Assembly (NCBI GenBank): GCA_964553025.1
Contig: CAZKJF010000007.1
Span: 1-62,663 of the forward strand
DNA from: an uncultured Candidatus Saccharibacteria bacterium
Lineage (GTDB): Bacteria; Patescibacteriota; Minisyncoccia; 2-02-FULL-40-12; GWA2-44-9
Reading direction: 5' to 3'
Length of the DNA: 62,663 nt
Shown here: positions 43,681-52,816 of the stretch, in pieces
How the letters are laid out: each line of letters begins with the position of its first letter
How positions within the stretch are numbered: the stretch's first letter is position 1
Made by a program: the position numbers and the translations under genes
The notes under the pieces: generated by a model
The model's database searches: none
What the model was told of the DNA's origin: nothing
The model's input: the letters and a program-made list of their open reading frames with translations, nothing else

Positions 43681-44244
43681 ATGGCTGATAAAGGAGGTAT
43701 CCAGCTTCTTCCGGAGACACGCAAAAGCATTGTCGTTACCACTCCGGGAGAGAACAAGATTATTTATTTCGGAATCGCAGTATTGGCGATCGTTTTGGCC
43801 GTGTACGGGGGAGTATGGTGGTATGGTAATCGCCTTGATCAAAAGCTTGATGCCGCCAACGCGGCACTCGTCAATTTGGAAAACGAACGTAACCTGCAAA
43901 CAGAAGGCGCCCTCTTGACCTTATCCCAGCAAATGAATACTGCCACTCAAATCGTTAAAAATCACACGTATTGGTCTCAAGGCCTCTCCAAAATTGAAGC
44001 AGCCCTTCAAAACAAAGTACAATTCGTAAATTTTTCCGGTCAAACTGAAGATAACACGTTCCGTTTTGAGGCTATTACGGATTCTTATTCGACGCTTGCC
44101 CGCCAACTTGCGGCATTCGTTGTCGATGATTCCGTTGAAGATATTACGCTGGATAACGTCAGCATTCAAACGACGGGCAAACTTGATGTGACTGCGCACG
44201 TCAAGTTTAAACCTGAAAAATTCTTAAAGAAGGAATTAAAATAA
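43681..44244 (+). CDS. pilN: PilN-like pilus assembly protein
   Basis: 187 aa with a single TM helix (IIYFGIAVLAIVLAVYGGVWWY) followed by a coiled coil. Position follows pilM. Confidence 0.7.
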   Translation: MADKGGIQLLPETRKSIVVTTPGENKIIYFGIAVLAIVLAVYGGVWWYGNRLDQKLDAANAALVNLENERNLQTEGALLTLSQQMNTATQIVKNHTYWSQGLSKIEAALQNKVQFVNFSGQTEDNTFRFEAITDSYSTLARQLAAFVVDDSVEDITLDNVSIQTTGKLDVTAHVKFKPEKFLKKELK

Positions 44245-44245
44245 C

Positions 44246-44770
44246 ATGAAGGCCTATCTTGGAGCATTGATCGTTGTCGCCGCCGCATTTATTTTTTGGT
44301 CTTTTGTTATGCCTGGGTATGATCACATCTCTGCGGCCCGCGAAGCCGTGTCCGCCCGAGAGGCGGAATTGACGCAACGAACCTCATTGATTGATCAGAT
44401 CAATGACTGGGCGCAACAATATTCGCAGCGCTCTGCAGACGTCTCTCGTTTTTCCTATATAGTTCCGGAGAATAAAAGCTCGGCGGAATTAGTCTCAATG
44501 CTCGAAACTATCGTACGCCAAAGCGGTTTGACTCTCAATGGCATTTCCCTGGGGAATATTGACCCCAACAATCAAGGCGCGGCCTACCAGACACAAGGAA
44601 TTGACCTGACGATAACCGGCACCTACTCTGCTTTCCGATCATTTCTTTCCGCCCTTGAACAGAACATCAGAATTATTGATATTACTTCGATAAACGGCGC
44701 TCCTGTCGGCGCTGAAAGTTCGGATATCCAATTCCGCCTTAAGGCAAATACATATTTCTTGAATCAATAA
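44246..44770 (+). CDS. pilO: PilO-like pilus assembly protein
   Basis: 174 aa with an N-terminal TM helix, a coiled coil and a C-terminal alpha/beta domain. Called from gene order. Confidence 0.7.
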   Translation: MKAYLGALIVVAAAFIFWSFVMPGYDHISAAREAVSAREAELTQRTSLIDQINDWAQQYSQRSADVSRFSYIVPENKSSAELVSMLETIVRQSGLTLNGISLGNIDPNNQGAAYQTQGIDLTITGTYSAFRSFLSALEQNIRIIDITSINGAPVGAESSDIQFRLKANTYFLNQ

Positions 44771-44771
44771 C

Positions 44772-45053
44772 ATGCCATCTCCCGTATCTTCAACAAACCG
44801 CCTCTATGTCTTACTGATCATGATTCTTGGTATTGTGCTTGGTTATATCTATTACAACCAATATGTACAGCCCAATGAAGTTCCCGTTGCCGCTTCGCCA
44901 GTCAAAGAGACTGATACTTTGAAAGATTTTCAGAATATCCGACTTGATTTCTCGGTTCTTGATGCTGCTGTTTACAAGAACCTCCAAATCTTCGGCGAGG
45001 TTCCTGTCGTGCCGGGAGCGACTGGCAAGCGCGACATTTTTGCTCCATTCTAA
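44772..45053 (+). CDS. small membrane protein of the pilus operon (PilP-position)
   Basis: 93 aa with one TM helix, tightly packed between pilO and pilB. Confidence 0.6.
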   Translation: MPSPVSSTNRLYVLLIMILGIVLGYIYYNQYVQPNEVPVAASPVKETDTLKDFQNIRLDFSVLDAAVYKNLQIFGEVPVVPGATGKRDIFAPF

Positions 45054-45068
45054 TATGGCCTGTTTCGT

Positions 45069-46829
45069 ATGCCACAATTTTTGCCCACAACTCTTCTGGA
45101 CGAACTTGTCCGGACAAATGTAATCTCCCAATCCCAAGCCGACTCTTTCGTCGCCGCGGCCCAAAAAGACGAGAAAGACGTCGGCCAAGTTCTTATTGAT
45201 CAAGGCATCCTAACCGATGAAGGCCTTGCCGAATTCAAATCAAATCTTTACCATCTCCCGATCGTTAAACTCGAAGAGATTGAACTGAATCGAGACGTTC
45301 TCAAAGAAATCGCGGATAATGTCGTTTCCTTTTACAAAGTAGTACCGTTTGCCAAAGAAGACAACGTCTTGAAGGTCGGCATCATCAATCCCGAAAACGT
45401 CGAAGCGCTGGAAGCGCTTAAATTCATCGCCGCCAACAAGGGCCTGTCGCTCGAGAAATATATTATCAGCTACAAAGATTTTAATGCGATCACCCGCAAC
45501 TATCGGACTCTCTCGGGGGAGGTGAGCCAGGCCCTGGAATCCCTCAATGAAGAATTCCAGAAAAAGAGCACTCAAAATGTTCAGACGCTTGAAGAAATTA
45601 CCGCCGAAGCTCCGATTACGCGCATTGTGGCGGTCATCATCCGCCACGCCGTTGACTCGCGCGCATCCGATATTCACATCGAGCCCTTTGAAGATCGCGT
45701 CCGAGTCCGCTTCCGCATTGACGGTGTTTTGACGATCGCGCTTACGCTTCCCAAGAACCTCCAATCGGCCGTTTCCACCCGCATCAAAATTTTATCTGAT
45801 TTGAAAATTGACGAAACCCGGCTTGCCCAAGACGGTCGTTTTGCCACACGGATCAACGATCGAAAAGTCGACTTCCGTGTCTCAACATTCCCGACGAAAG
45901 GCGGCGAGAAGGTCGTCATGCGTATTTTGGATCCGCTCTCGGGAAGCACGACCCTGACGGACCTGGGCCTGGAAGGGCGCTCCATGGAAGTCCTAGAGCG
46001 AGCAATCGCCAAACCGTTCGGCTCGATCCTCATCACTGGTCCGACAGGGTCGGGTAAATCAACGACCTTGGCCGGCATGCTTAAACGCATAAACACGGAT
46101 GACGTAAATATTGTTACGCTTGAAGACCCGATCGAATATTTCGTGGACGGCGTGAACCAGTCGCAAGTCCACGAGGAGATCGGCTATACGTTCGCTTCCG
46201 GTTTGCGCCACATCCTTCGCCAAGACCCTGACATTATCATGGTCGGCGAAATCCGCGACAGTGAGACCGCCGGTCTTGCCACGCAAGCTGCTTTGACCGG
46301 CCATATCGTACTTTCTACGCTCCACACCAACGATGCCATCGGCGTCGTGCCCCGCCTTATCGACATGGGTGTCGAGAAATACCTGATCCCGTCCACGCTC
46401 AACGTGGCTGCCGCCCAGCGTCTGTTGCGGCGCCTCTGCCCGGAGTGCAAACTTCAGCAAAAAGCCAATCAGGCCGAATCGAGCATTATCGAAGAAGCTC
46501 TGAAAGCTATGCCGGAGGAATACCAAAAACAATATCTCGCCAAAGACGGATACGCCATCTGCAAACCAAACGTCGGCCAAAAAGAAAACGTGTGCCGCCA
46601 TTGCGGCGGCAAAGCGTTCAAGGGCCGCATTGGCATCTTCGAAATGCTTGAAATGACGCCTGAATTTGAGAAAATCATCCTTGGTACCATCTCCGAAGCA
46701 GCCATGCGTCAAGAAGCTAAACGGCAAGGAATGATTACCATGTTCCAGGACGGCATTTTAAAAGTATTGAAAGGCATTGTATCATTAGAGGAGTTGCTTG
46801 AGGTCGCTCAAGCAGGAGATTCAGCATAA
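45069..46829 (+). CDS. pilB: type IV pilus assembly ATPase PilB (GspE family)
   Basis: 586 aa with Walker A GPTGSGKST, Asp and His boxes, and a tetracysteine motif CPEC...CRHCGG. Confidence 0.95.
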   Translation: MPQFLPTTLLDELVRTNVISQSQADSFVAAAQKDEKDVGQVLIDQGILTDEGLAEFKSNLYHLPIVKLEEIELNRDVLKEIADNVVSFYKVVPFAKEDNVLKVGIINPENVEALEALKFIAANKGLSLEKYIISYKDFNAITRNYRTLSGEVSQALESLNEEFQKKSTQNVQTLEEITAEAPITRIVAVIIRHAVDSRASDIHIEPFEDRVRVRFRIDGVLTIALTLPKNLQSAVSTRIKILSDLKIDETRLAQDGRFATRINDRKVDFRVSTFPTKGGEKVVMRILDPLSGSTTLTDLGLEGRSMEVLERAIAKPFGSILITGPTGSGKSTTLAGMLKRINTDDVNIVTLEDPIEYFVDGVNQSQVHEEIGYTFASGLRHILRQDPDIIMVGEIRDSETAGLATQAALTGHIVLSTLHTNDAIGVVPRLIDMGVEKYLIPSTLNVAAAQRLLRRLCPECKLQQKANQAESSIIEEALKAMPEEYQKQYLAKDGYAICKPNVGQKENVCRHCGGKAFKGRIGIFEMLEMTPEFEKIILGTISEAAMRQEAKRQGMITMFQDGILKVLKGIVSLEELLEVAQAGDSA

Positions 46830-46837
46830 TCACACCT

Positions 46838-47908
46838 ATGGATAATCCTAAAAAATATCTCGAAGAACTTTTGGTCGAAACCGCCCGCAGCAATGCCTCT
46901 GATTTGCATTTGTCGCCCGCATATTATCCGACACTCCGCATTGACGGCCGACTGGTGCCGCTCACCAACCGCGAAATTTTAAGCCAAGATATTCTCAGCG
47001 GGGTGATCAACGCCCTCTTGGGGGAGGAACGGGCAGCGCGCTTTGCAACCGAAAAAGAAGCTGACTTTTCCGTTTCCGCGCCTGGCGATATCCGGTTCCG
47101 AGTTAATGTCTACCAGACAAACGGCGGGCCTGCAGCAGCCCTGCGGCTGATTCCAAAGGACATAAAGAAAATCGAAGACTTGAATCTGCCGCCCGTCTTG
47201 CGGGTGTTTACGAAGCTCTCCCAAGGATTCGTTCTTGTCGTAGGTCCGAACGGCCACGGCAAATCAACAACCATGGCCAGCCTAATTGACGAGATCAACC
47301 ACGAGCGAGGAGACAAGATCGTTACGATCGAAGATCCGATCGAATATCTGTTCACGCCCGACAAAAGCATCATTGACCAGCGAGAGGTTCCCCAAGACAG
47401 CTTATCTTTCGACCGCGCATTGCGCTCTACCTTCCGCGAAAACGTAAACGTTGTCATGATCGGTGAAATGCGCGACCAAGAAACGATGAGCGCGGCGGTA
47501 AGTGCCGCTGAAACAGGCCACCTCGTTTTCGCATCCCTCCACACGAACAGCGCTTCGCAAACGATTGAGCGCATTATCGACAGTTTCCCGGCGAGCCAGC
47601 AATCTCAAATTAGAACTCAATTAGCCAGCACGCTTTCAGGCATCGTATCCCAACGCCTCATTCCACGCATCCAAGGCGGATTAATTCCGGCGGTAGAGGT
47701 GCTTATCGCGACGACGGCCGTTCGTACGCTTATTCGAGATAACCGTCCCCAGCAGCTTGATCTGGTTATTGAGACTAGCCAAGACGTGGGAATGATCTCA
47801 TTGGATAAATCATTGGCTGGATTAGTGAACCGAAAAGAAATCACCATGGAACAAGCCGAATTCTATTCGATCAACCCGAAAAACTTGAGAAACTATCATG
47901 GAGTTTAA
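46838..47908 (+). CDS. pilT: twitching-motility retraction ATPase PilT
   Basis: 356 aa with Walker A GPNGHGKST and IGEMRD, consistent with PilT size and layout. Confidence 0.93.
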   Translation: MDNPKKYLEELLVETARSNASDLHLSPAYYPTLRIDGRLVPLTNREILSQDILSGVINALLGEERAARFATEKEADFSVSAPGDIRFRVNVYQTNGGPAAALRLIPKDIKKIEDLNLPPVLRVFTKLSQGFVLVVGPNGHGKSTTMASLIDEINHERGDKIVTIEDPIEYLFTPDKSIIDQREVPQDSLSFDRALRSTFRENVNVVMIGEMRDQETMSAAVSAAETGHLVFASLHTNSASQTIERIIDSFPASQQSQIRTQLASTLSGIVSQRLIPRIQGGLIPAVEVLIATTAVRTLIRDNRPQQLDLVIETSQDVGMISLDKSLAGLVNRKEITMEQAEFYSINPKNLRNYHGV

Positions 47909-49109
47909 TTACCAAGCTAAAAATCCGGCAGGTCAGATCAGCGAAGGCGTTATTAACGCGCCCGATGAGAATACGGCTGTTTCGATTCTGCACAATAAAG
48001 GCCTCGTCGTGTTCTCGCTCAATCCGGTCAAAAAAGACCTTCTGAATGTCGATGTTAATCATCTCTTCGCTCACGTCAACAACAAAGACATCGTAGTTTT
48101 CACACGCCAGCTGGCCACGCTCGTCGAAGCCGACATGCCGATTGCCGAAGGCCTGCGCACGCTCGCCGCCCAAATCGAGAAACCGCCATTCAAAAAAGTC
48201 ATACTTGATGTCGCATCGCGCGTGGAAGCAGGCACCTCGCTGTCCGGCGCCTTGGCTGTCTATCCCAAATTCTTCTCTTCGTTCTACATCAAACTGACCC
48301 AAGCAGGGGAAGTATCCGGCAAACTCCAAGGTTCATTGTTGTATCTTGCCGATTATTTGGAACGCAGCCAAGGCATCAACTCGAAAATCCGCGGCGCATT
48401 AACATACCCGGCGTTCGTAGTGGCTGCCCTCATCATCGTAGCCGGTATCATGGGCGTCTACGTATTGCCCCAGCTGCTTTCCGTCTTTAAAGATTCAGGG
48501 ATTACCGATCTGCCGGTAACAACGAGGATCCTGATTGCAGTAACCAACTTCGTAAACGCTTACCTGTATTACATCTTGGGAATCGTTGTTATCGGCGGAT
48601 TTATTGTAGTCCGCTTCATACGAAGTGCCGAAGGGAAAGTTTGGCTTGACGATATCATGATCAAGGCGCCGGCAATCGGCATCGTCGTTCGCAACCTCTT
48701 CCTGGCCCGTATCGGCGAAAGTCTTTCCACGCTCGTAAAATCCGGCATCCCAATTCTGGATTCGCTTCAAATCACGGCAGACTTGGTTGGAAACACGAAT
48801 TATCGAAATATTATGCTGGCGGCTCAAGACCAAGTTCGCGGCGGCGGCAAAATATCCGAAATTCTGGTACAGCATACGATTGAAATACCCCCGCTCTTTG
48901 CGTCAATGGTTGCAATCGGCGAACGCACCGGCAAACTCGACTACATGCTTGAGCATGTCGCTAAATTCTACAAATCGGAATCTGAAAACACGATTAACAC
49001 CATTACCCAGCTCCTGGAACCAGTCATCGTGCTTATCCTCGGTTTTGCCGTCGCCATTCTCGTTTCGAGTATCCTTCTTCCGATTTACAGTTTGGTCGGC
49101 GGCTCATAG
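47898..49109 (+). CDS. pilC: type IV pilus platform protein PilC (GspF family)
   Basis: 403 aa with two GspF repeats and 3 TM segments. Confidence 0.93.
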   Translation: MEFNYQAKNPAGQISEGVINAPDENTAVSILHNKGLVVFSLNPVKKDLLNVDVNHLFAHVNNKDIVVFTRQLATLVEADMPIAEGLRTLAAQIEKPPFKKVILDVASRVEAGTSLSGALAVYPKFFSSFYIKLTQAGEVSGKLQGSLLYLADYLERSQGINSKIRGALTYPAFVVAALIIVAGIMGVYVLPQLLSVFKDSGITDLPVTTRILIAVTNFVNAYLYYILGIVVIGGFIVVRFIRSAEGKVWLDDIMIKAPAIGIVVRNLFLARIGESLSTLVKSGIPILDSLQITADLVGNTNYRNIMLAAQDQVRGGGKISEILVQHTIEIPPLFASMVAIGERTGKLDYMLEHVAKFYKSESENTINTITQLLEPVIVLILGFAVAILVSSILLPIYSLVGGS

Positions 49110-49241
49110 CCTACCTGTTGATATCTGTCGCTTGTGCTTCCAAGCAGGGGAATTATAATGGAGGTAAAGTAACTAAGATGCTTCTGGGCCGGAATTTCTT
49201 CGCTACGCAATCGGAGAATATTTTACCAGGGCTTTCCTACA

Positions 49242-49757
49242 GTGTTAACGTATAAACGATTGTCTCGAGGATTCACGCTAGTCGAGTTGTTGGTCGTGAT
49301 CGCTATTATCGGCGTCTTGGCCACCTTGCTCTTGCTCCAGCTCGGCGTCGCCCGCGCCAAAGCCCGTGATGCGAAGCGCATTGCCGACGTCAACCAGCTC
49401 CGCACAATGGCCGAGCTCTACTTTGACGACAACGGCGGTCACTATCCGACTGCGCTCAATATCACAAATCTTGGAAAGTATGTAACTTCAAGCGCCTTGC
49501 CAGTTGATCCTGTAACGGCGGCCGGTTACTTCTACGCCTATAACGGCAGCACGAATCCGACTCAATTCCATATCTGGACAGAACTTGAGCAGAAGAACGC
49601 TTCAGCGTTAGGTGCCGATGCTGACATTAACTCTACCGGCTGGTCCGGCGATGCTCTCAATGCCGGTGCAACAACTGGTACAGGGTCTGAAGTCTGTACT
49701 GCTGCATATGCTGCCGGTGCCGCTCGCGATTGCGTCTACGATCAAGGCCAGAAATAG
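49242..49757 (+). CDS. major type IV pilin
   Basis: Class III signal [10 protein letters not shown]|[20 protein letters not shown] start; strong terminator follows. Confidence 0.9.
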   Translation: MLTYKRLSRGFTLVELLVVIAIIGVLATLLLLQLGVARAKARDAKRIADVNQLRTMAELYFDDNGGHYPTALNITNLGKYVTSSALPVDPVTAAGYFYAYNGSTNPTQFHIWTELEQKNASALGADADINSTGWSGDALNAGATTGTGSEVCTAAYAAGAARDCVYDQGQK

Positions 49758-49767
49758 TCTTACATCA

Positions 49768-49806
49768 CAAACTCCCCGCCACATGGCGGGGAGTTTGTTT
49801 CTTTCG
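49768..49806 (+). terminator. rho-independent terminator after the pilin gene
   Basis: CAAACTCCCCGCC-acat-GGCGGGGAGTTTG followed by TTTCTTTCG. Confidence 0.85.
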
Positions 49807-49818
49807 TATAATACAGCT

Positions 49819-50571
49819 ATGCTGATTATCAGTATTATTGCGTTTGCGGGGGGGGCTATCTACGGCAGCTTCCTGAATGCGCTTCTCTGGCGGCTTCCGA
49901 CCGGCCGTTCCATGAACGGCCGGTCGGAGTGTCCGAACTGCCACCATACTCTGGGGTGGCTCGATTTGTTTCCGATTGCCAGTTATGCCTTCCTGGGCGG
50001 CCGGTGCCGCTACTGCCGCCATTCCATTAATCCACGGTATCTCTATATCGAGCTTGCTGCCGGATTACTGGGAACAGGCATTGTCTTTTTCCATATCCCC
50101 GGTACGCCCGTATTTCTCGCGCTCCAAATCATTGTTGCCTTTGCCTTATTAGCCCTCACGGTCTTTGATCTTCTCTACATGATCCTGCCGGATGCCATTA
50201 TCCTGCCGACGGTCCTTATCATTTCCGCGTACCATATCCTGTATACTCCGGCGGTGGCCGAATTTTTCCTCACCGGATTACTGATCGGGTCTTTTTTTGC
50301 TATACTGCACTTGGTATCCCGTGGGACATGGATCGGCTTCGGGGATGCCAAACTCGGCTTTTTGATCGGCCTTATGTTCGGGTATCCGCTTGGAGTGCTT
50401 GTTGTTATCGGCGGCATTTGGATCGGAGCCGCCTGGGCTCTGGCGCTCTTGGCAGCTCGTAAGGCCTCCATGAAAACATCGCTGCCGCTGGGAACCTTCC
50501 TGACAGGAGCAGGGATCGCTTGTCTATTGCTCTACCAACACATATTCTATGTTGCTGAATTATTCCGATAA
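49819..50571 (+). CDS. pilD: prepilin peptidase (A24 family)
   Basis: 250 aa from MLIISIIAF, with zinc motif CPNCHH...CRYCRH, a polytopic layout and GDAKL. TATAAT lies 6 nt upstream of the ATG. Confidence 0.9.
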   Translation: MLIISIIAFAGGAIYGSFLNALLWRLPTGRSMNGRSECPNCHHTLGWLDLFPIASYAFLGGRCRYCRHSINPRYLYIELAAGLLGTGIVFFHIPGTPVFLALQIIVAFALLALTVFDLLYMILPDAIILPTVLIISAYHILYTPAVAEFFLTGLLIGSFFAILHLVSRGTWIGFGDAKLGFLIGLMFGYPLGVLVVIGGIWIGAAWALALLAARKASMKTSLPLGTFLTGAGIACLLLYQHIFYVAELFR

Positions 50572-51094
50572 TCGCGGTTTTACGCTCATCGAGATGGTGG
50601 TGGTAATCGCCATAATCTCGATCATCAGCACGGCGCTTTTGAGTAATTTCTCGCGAAGCCGCGTCGACTTGACCACTGGTGCCAATCTCGTCGCCGCAAC
50701 AATTCGAAATGCCCAAGCCAATGCCATTGCCAGCGTAAAATACAACAACTACAATCCGTGCGGGTACGGTTTCCATTACATTGACGCAAGCCACTTCTCA
50801 ATCTACGCGGGACCGAATGCGGCAACGACCACCTGCTCAAGCACCAACAAAAACTATTCCGCAAGCGAGGACTCTTTGCTGGCGAGTCAAACGTTTACGG
50901 ATTCAAGGATTCAATTCGCAAGCTCGTTTTCTGACGTATATTTTGAGCCTCCTGATCCCAAAACGTATTTAAATAACGTATTTTCTTTGAGCCAATCGCC
51001 CGTAACCATTACGGTCCGGAAAACCGGTGGGACATGCCCCGGCGATTGCAAAACCATCAATGTCTATCCTTCAGGCAAAATCGAAGTTCAATAG
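50549..51094 (+). CDS. minor pilin / pseudopilin
   Basis: Prepilin signal ...DNRG|FTLIEMVVVIAIISII. Confidence 0.85.
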   Translation: MLLNYSDNRGFTLIEMVVVIAIISIISTALLSNFSRSRVDLTTGANLVAATIRNAQANAIASVKYNNYNPCGYGFHYIDASHFSIYAGPNAATTTCSSTNKNYSASEDSLLASQTFTDSRIQFASSFSDVYFEPPDPKTYLNNVFSLSQSPVTITVRKTGGTCPGDCKTINVYPSGKIEVQ

Positions 51095-51560
51095 CGAACA
51101 CGGGTTCACTCTTGTCGAAGCTATTGTCGCATTAGTGGTGTTGACCGTAGCTTTGATTCCCGTGCTGCAGCTGTCCGACAGCTCGCTTCGCGCCGCAACG
51201 GCAATCCGCGACGACATGATCGCGGCCGGCCTTGCCCAAGAGGGGATTGAAGTTGTGAGAACAATCCGCGACGCAAACTGGTTCAACAATCAGGCATTTA
51301 ACACCGGCCTTGCCAATGGTACGTATCGCGTCGAATGGAATTCAACCTCACTGACTGCGGTCGGTTCCAATCCGCCGCTGAAACTCAATAATGGGATTTA
51401 CAATTATACCACCGGCGCCGATACCCAGTTTTATCGCACCATAACGATTACCGGCATCAGCAGCAGCGAACTGAAAGTAACATCCCAAGTTTCCTGGACG
51501 GCGCGCGGCAACAACAGCAAATCAGTGCAAGCCGAAGAACATTTGTTTGACTGGAAATAA
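51060..51560 (+). CDS. minor pilin / pseudopilin
   Basis: Prepilin signal ...NSEHG|FTLVEAIVALVVL. Start taken at MSILQ (51060); the track ORF opens at 51027. Confidence 0.8.
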   Translation: MSILQAKSKFNSEHGFTLVEAIVALVVLTVALIPVLQLSDSSLRAATAIRDDMIAAGLAQEGIEVVRTIRDANWFNNQAFNTGLANGTYRVEWNSTSLTAVGSNPPLKLNNGIYNYTTGADTQFYRTITITGISSSELKVTSQVSWTARGNNSKSVQAEEHLFDWK

Positions 51561-51561
51561 C

Positions 51562-52080
51562 ATGAAAACATCGAACGCATCACAATCAGGATTCACGCTT
51601 GTTGAGGTCATGGTGGCCACATTCGTCTTCTCAATTATCGTGTTGGCGACAAGCGGATTGTTTACCCAAATATTAAATAACGAACGCCGCGCGTTTGCCG
51701 CTCAAAAAATCCAGGAGAATGGATTGTATGTCCTTGAGCTGCTGACGCGTGAAATTCGCGTCAGCAGCATCGTCAACCAGGACTCAACCGACTGCTCGGC
51801 CACCTCACTTACCATCAGCCACCCGCTCAACGGCACTGTTACGTATAGTCTTTCCAATGGCGTTTTGCGCCGAACAGCCGATGGAGTGGCGACTGATCTG
51901 ACTTCGTCGGATGTGCAACTTTCCCGCTTGAATTTCTGCGTATTGGGATCGGGAGCAAGCGACAACGCAACCCCGCGCGTCACGATTATCGGCACAATGC
52001 AAAACAGAACGGGAAAAGATATTGTAACTTTTAACCTGGAAACCACAGTTTCCTCACGCGACATTGGAAGCGAACTTTAA
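51562..52080 (+). CDS. minor pilin / pseudopilin
   Basis: Prepilin signal MKTSNASQSG|FTLVEVMVATFVF. Confidence 0.85.
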   Translation: MKTSNASQSGFTLVEVMVATFVFSIIVLATSGLFTQILNNERRAFAAQKIQENGLYVLELLTREIRVSSIVNQDSTDCSATSLTISHPLNGTVTYSLSNGVLRRTADGVATDLTSSDVQLSRLNFCVLGSGASDNATPRVTIIGTMQNRTGKDIVTFNLETTVSSRDIGSEL

Positions 52081-52813
52081 ACGACAATCAGGGTCGATTC
52101 TGCTATTTACGCTTTTAATCCTCGGCAGCATGCTGCTGATCAGTTTGACGCTTTCGGCCATCTTTCTTCCCAAGATCAAAAGCGCAACCAACGCATCGAG
52201 TTCGGTCAGCGCCATTTATGCGGCCGACAGCGGTATTGAATGGTGCCTATACACCAATCGAGGCAAGACGCCGGCCCGACCGACTCCCACGTTGACCAAC
52301 GGCGCCACCTATACCATTACGCCTTCCGATTGTATGATTGTACCGTTAAACCACCAAGCGGTCGGAACATATCATGGCGTAAGCCGCGCACTTCAGGTCC
52401 AAAGCGGCAGCGCGGCCCTGGTAAACCTGGCTCTCGGCAAACCGGTCAGCCAATCGATAGCCGATCACCAGCCCTGCAATTTTCCGGCCTCCAATATGAC
52501 TGACGGCGACCTGAATACGCTCGCATACCCTTGTTTCAGCAGCTTTTCGTACACGGTCGATCTGGGCTCGCTTCAGACCGTTACCGAAATCAACGCGGTC
52601 GTAAAGGGCTATGGCCACACGGACATATATGTATATATTACCAGCTGGCAGATTGAGGGCTACAACGGCTCGTCATGGACGACATTAGGCTCCGGCGGCA
52701 GCCCTGAAAGCGATACCATTACTATTTTCCCATCAGCGACAATCTCTCAAATACGGATTTCAGCCCAAAGTACAGCTCACCAGATCGGCATTTACGAGCT
52801 GCAGGCCTATTAG
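52064..52813 (+). CDS. PilX-like pilus protein with C-terminal F5/8 type C (discoidin) domain
   Basis: Hydrophobic N-terminus (SILLFTLLILGSMLLISL). The C-terminal ~130 aa match the discoidin pattern: NLALGKP...ASNMTDGDLNT...VDLG...I.GYNGSSW...IRISAQS...IYELQAY. Confidence 0.75.
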   Translation: MEANFKRQSGSILLFTLLILGSMLLISLTLSAIFLPKIKSATNASSSVSAIYAADSGIEWCLYTNRGKTPARPTPTLTNGATYTITPSDCMIVPLNHQAVGTYHGVSRALQVQSGSAALVNLALGKPVSQSIADHQPCNFPASNMTDGDLNTLAYPCFSSFSYTVDLGSLQTVTEINAVVKGYGHTDIYVYITSWQIEGYNGSSWTTLGSGGSPESDTITIFPSATISQIRISAQSTAHQIGIYELQAY

Positions 52814-52816
52814 CCC

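Noticed and set aside
49178-49255. 25-codon upstream ORF overlapping the pilin GTG start
   Set aside because: The GGAGG that would serve it directly abuts the TATAAT -10 box (49153-49158), so it is probably upstream of the TSS. The spacing to the ATG is 13 nt and the peptide has no notable features. Kept only as a remote possibility of translational coupling.
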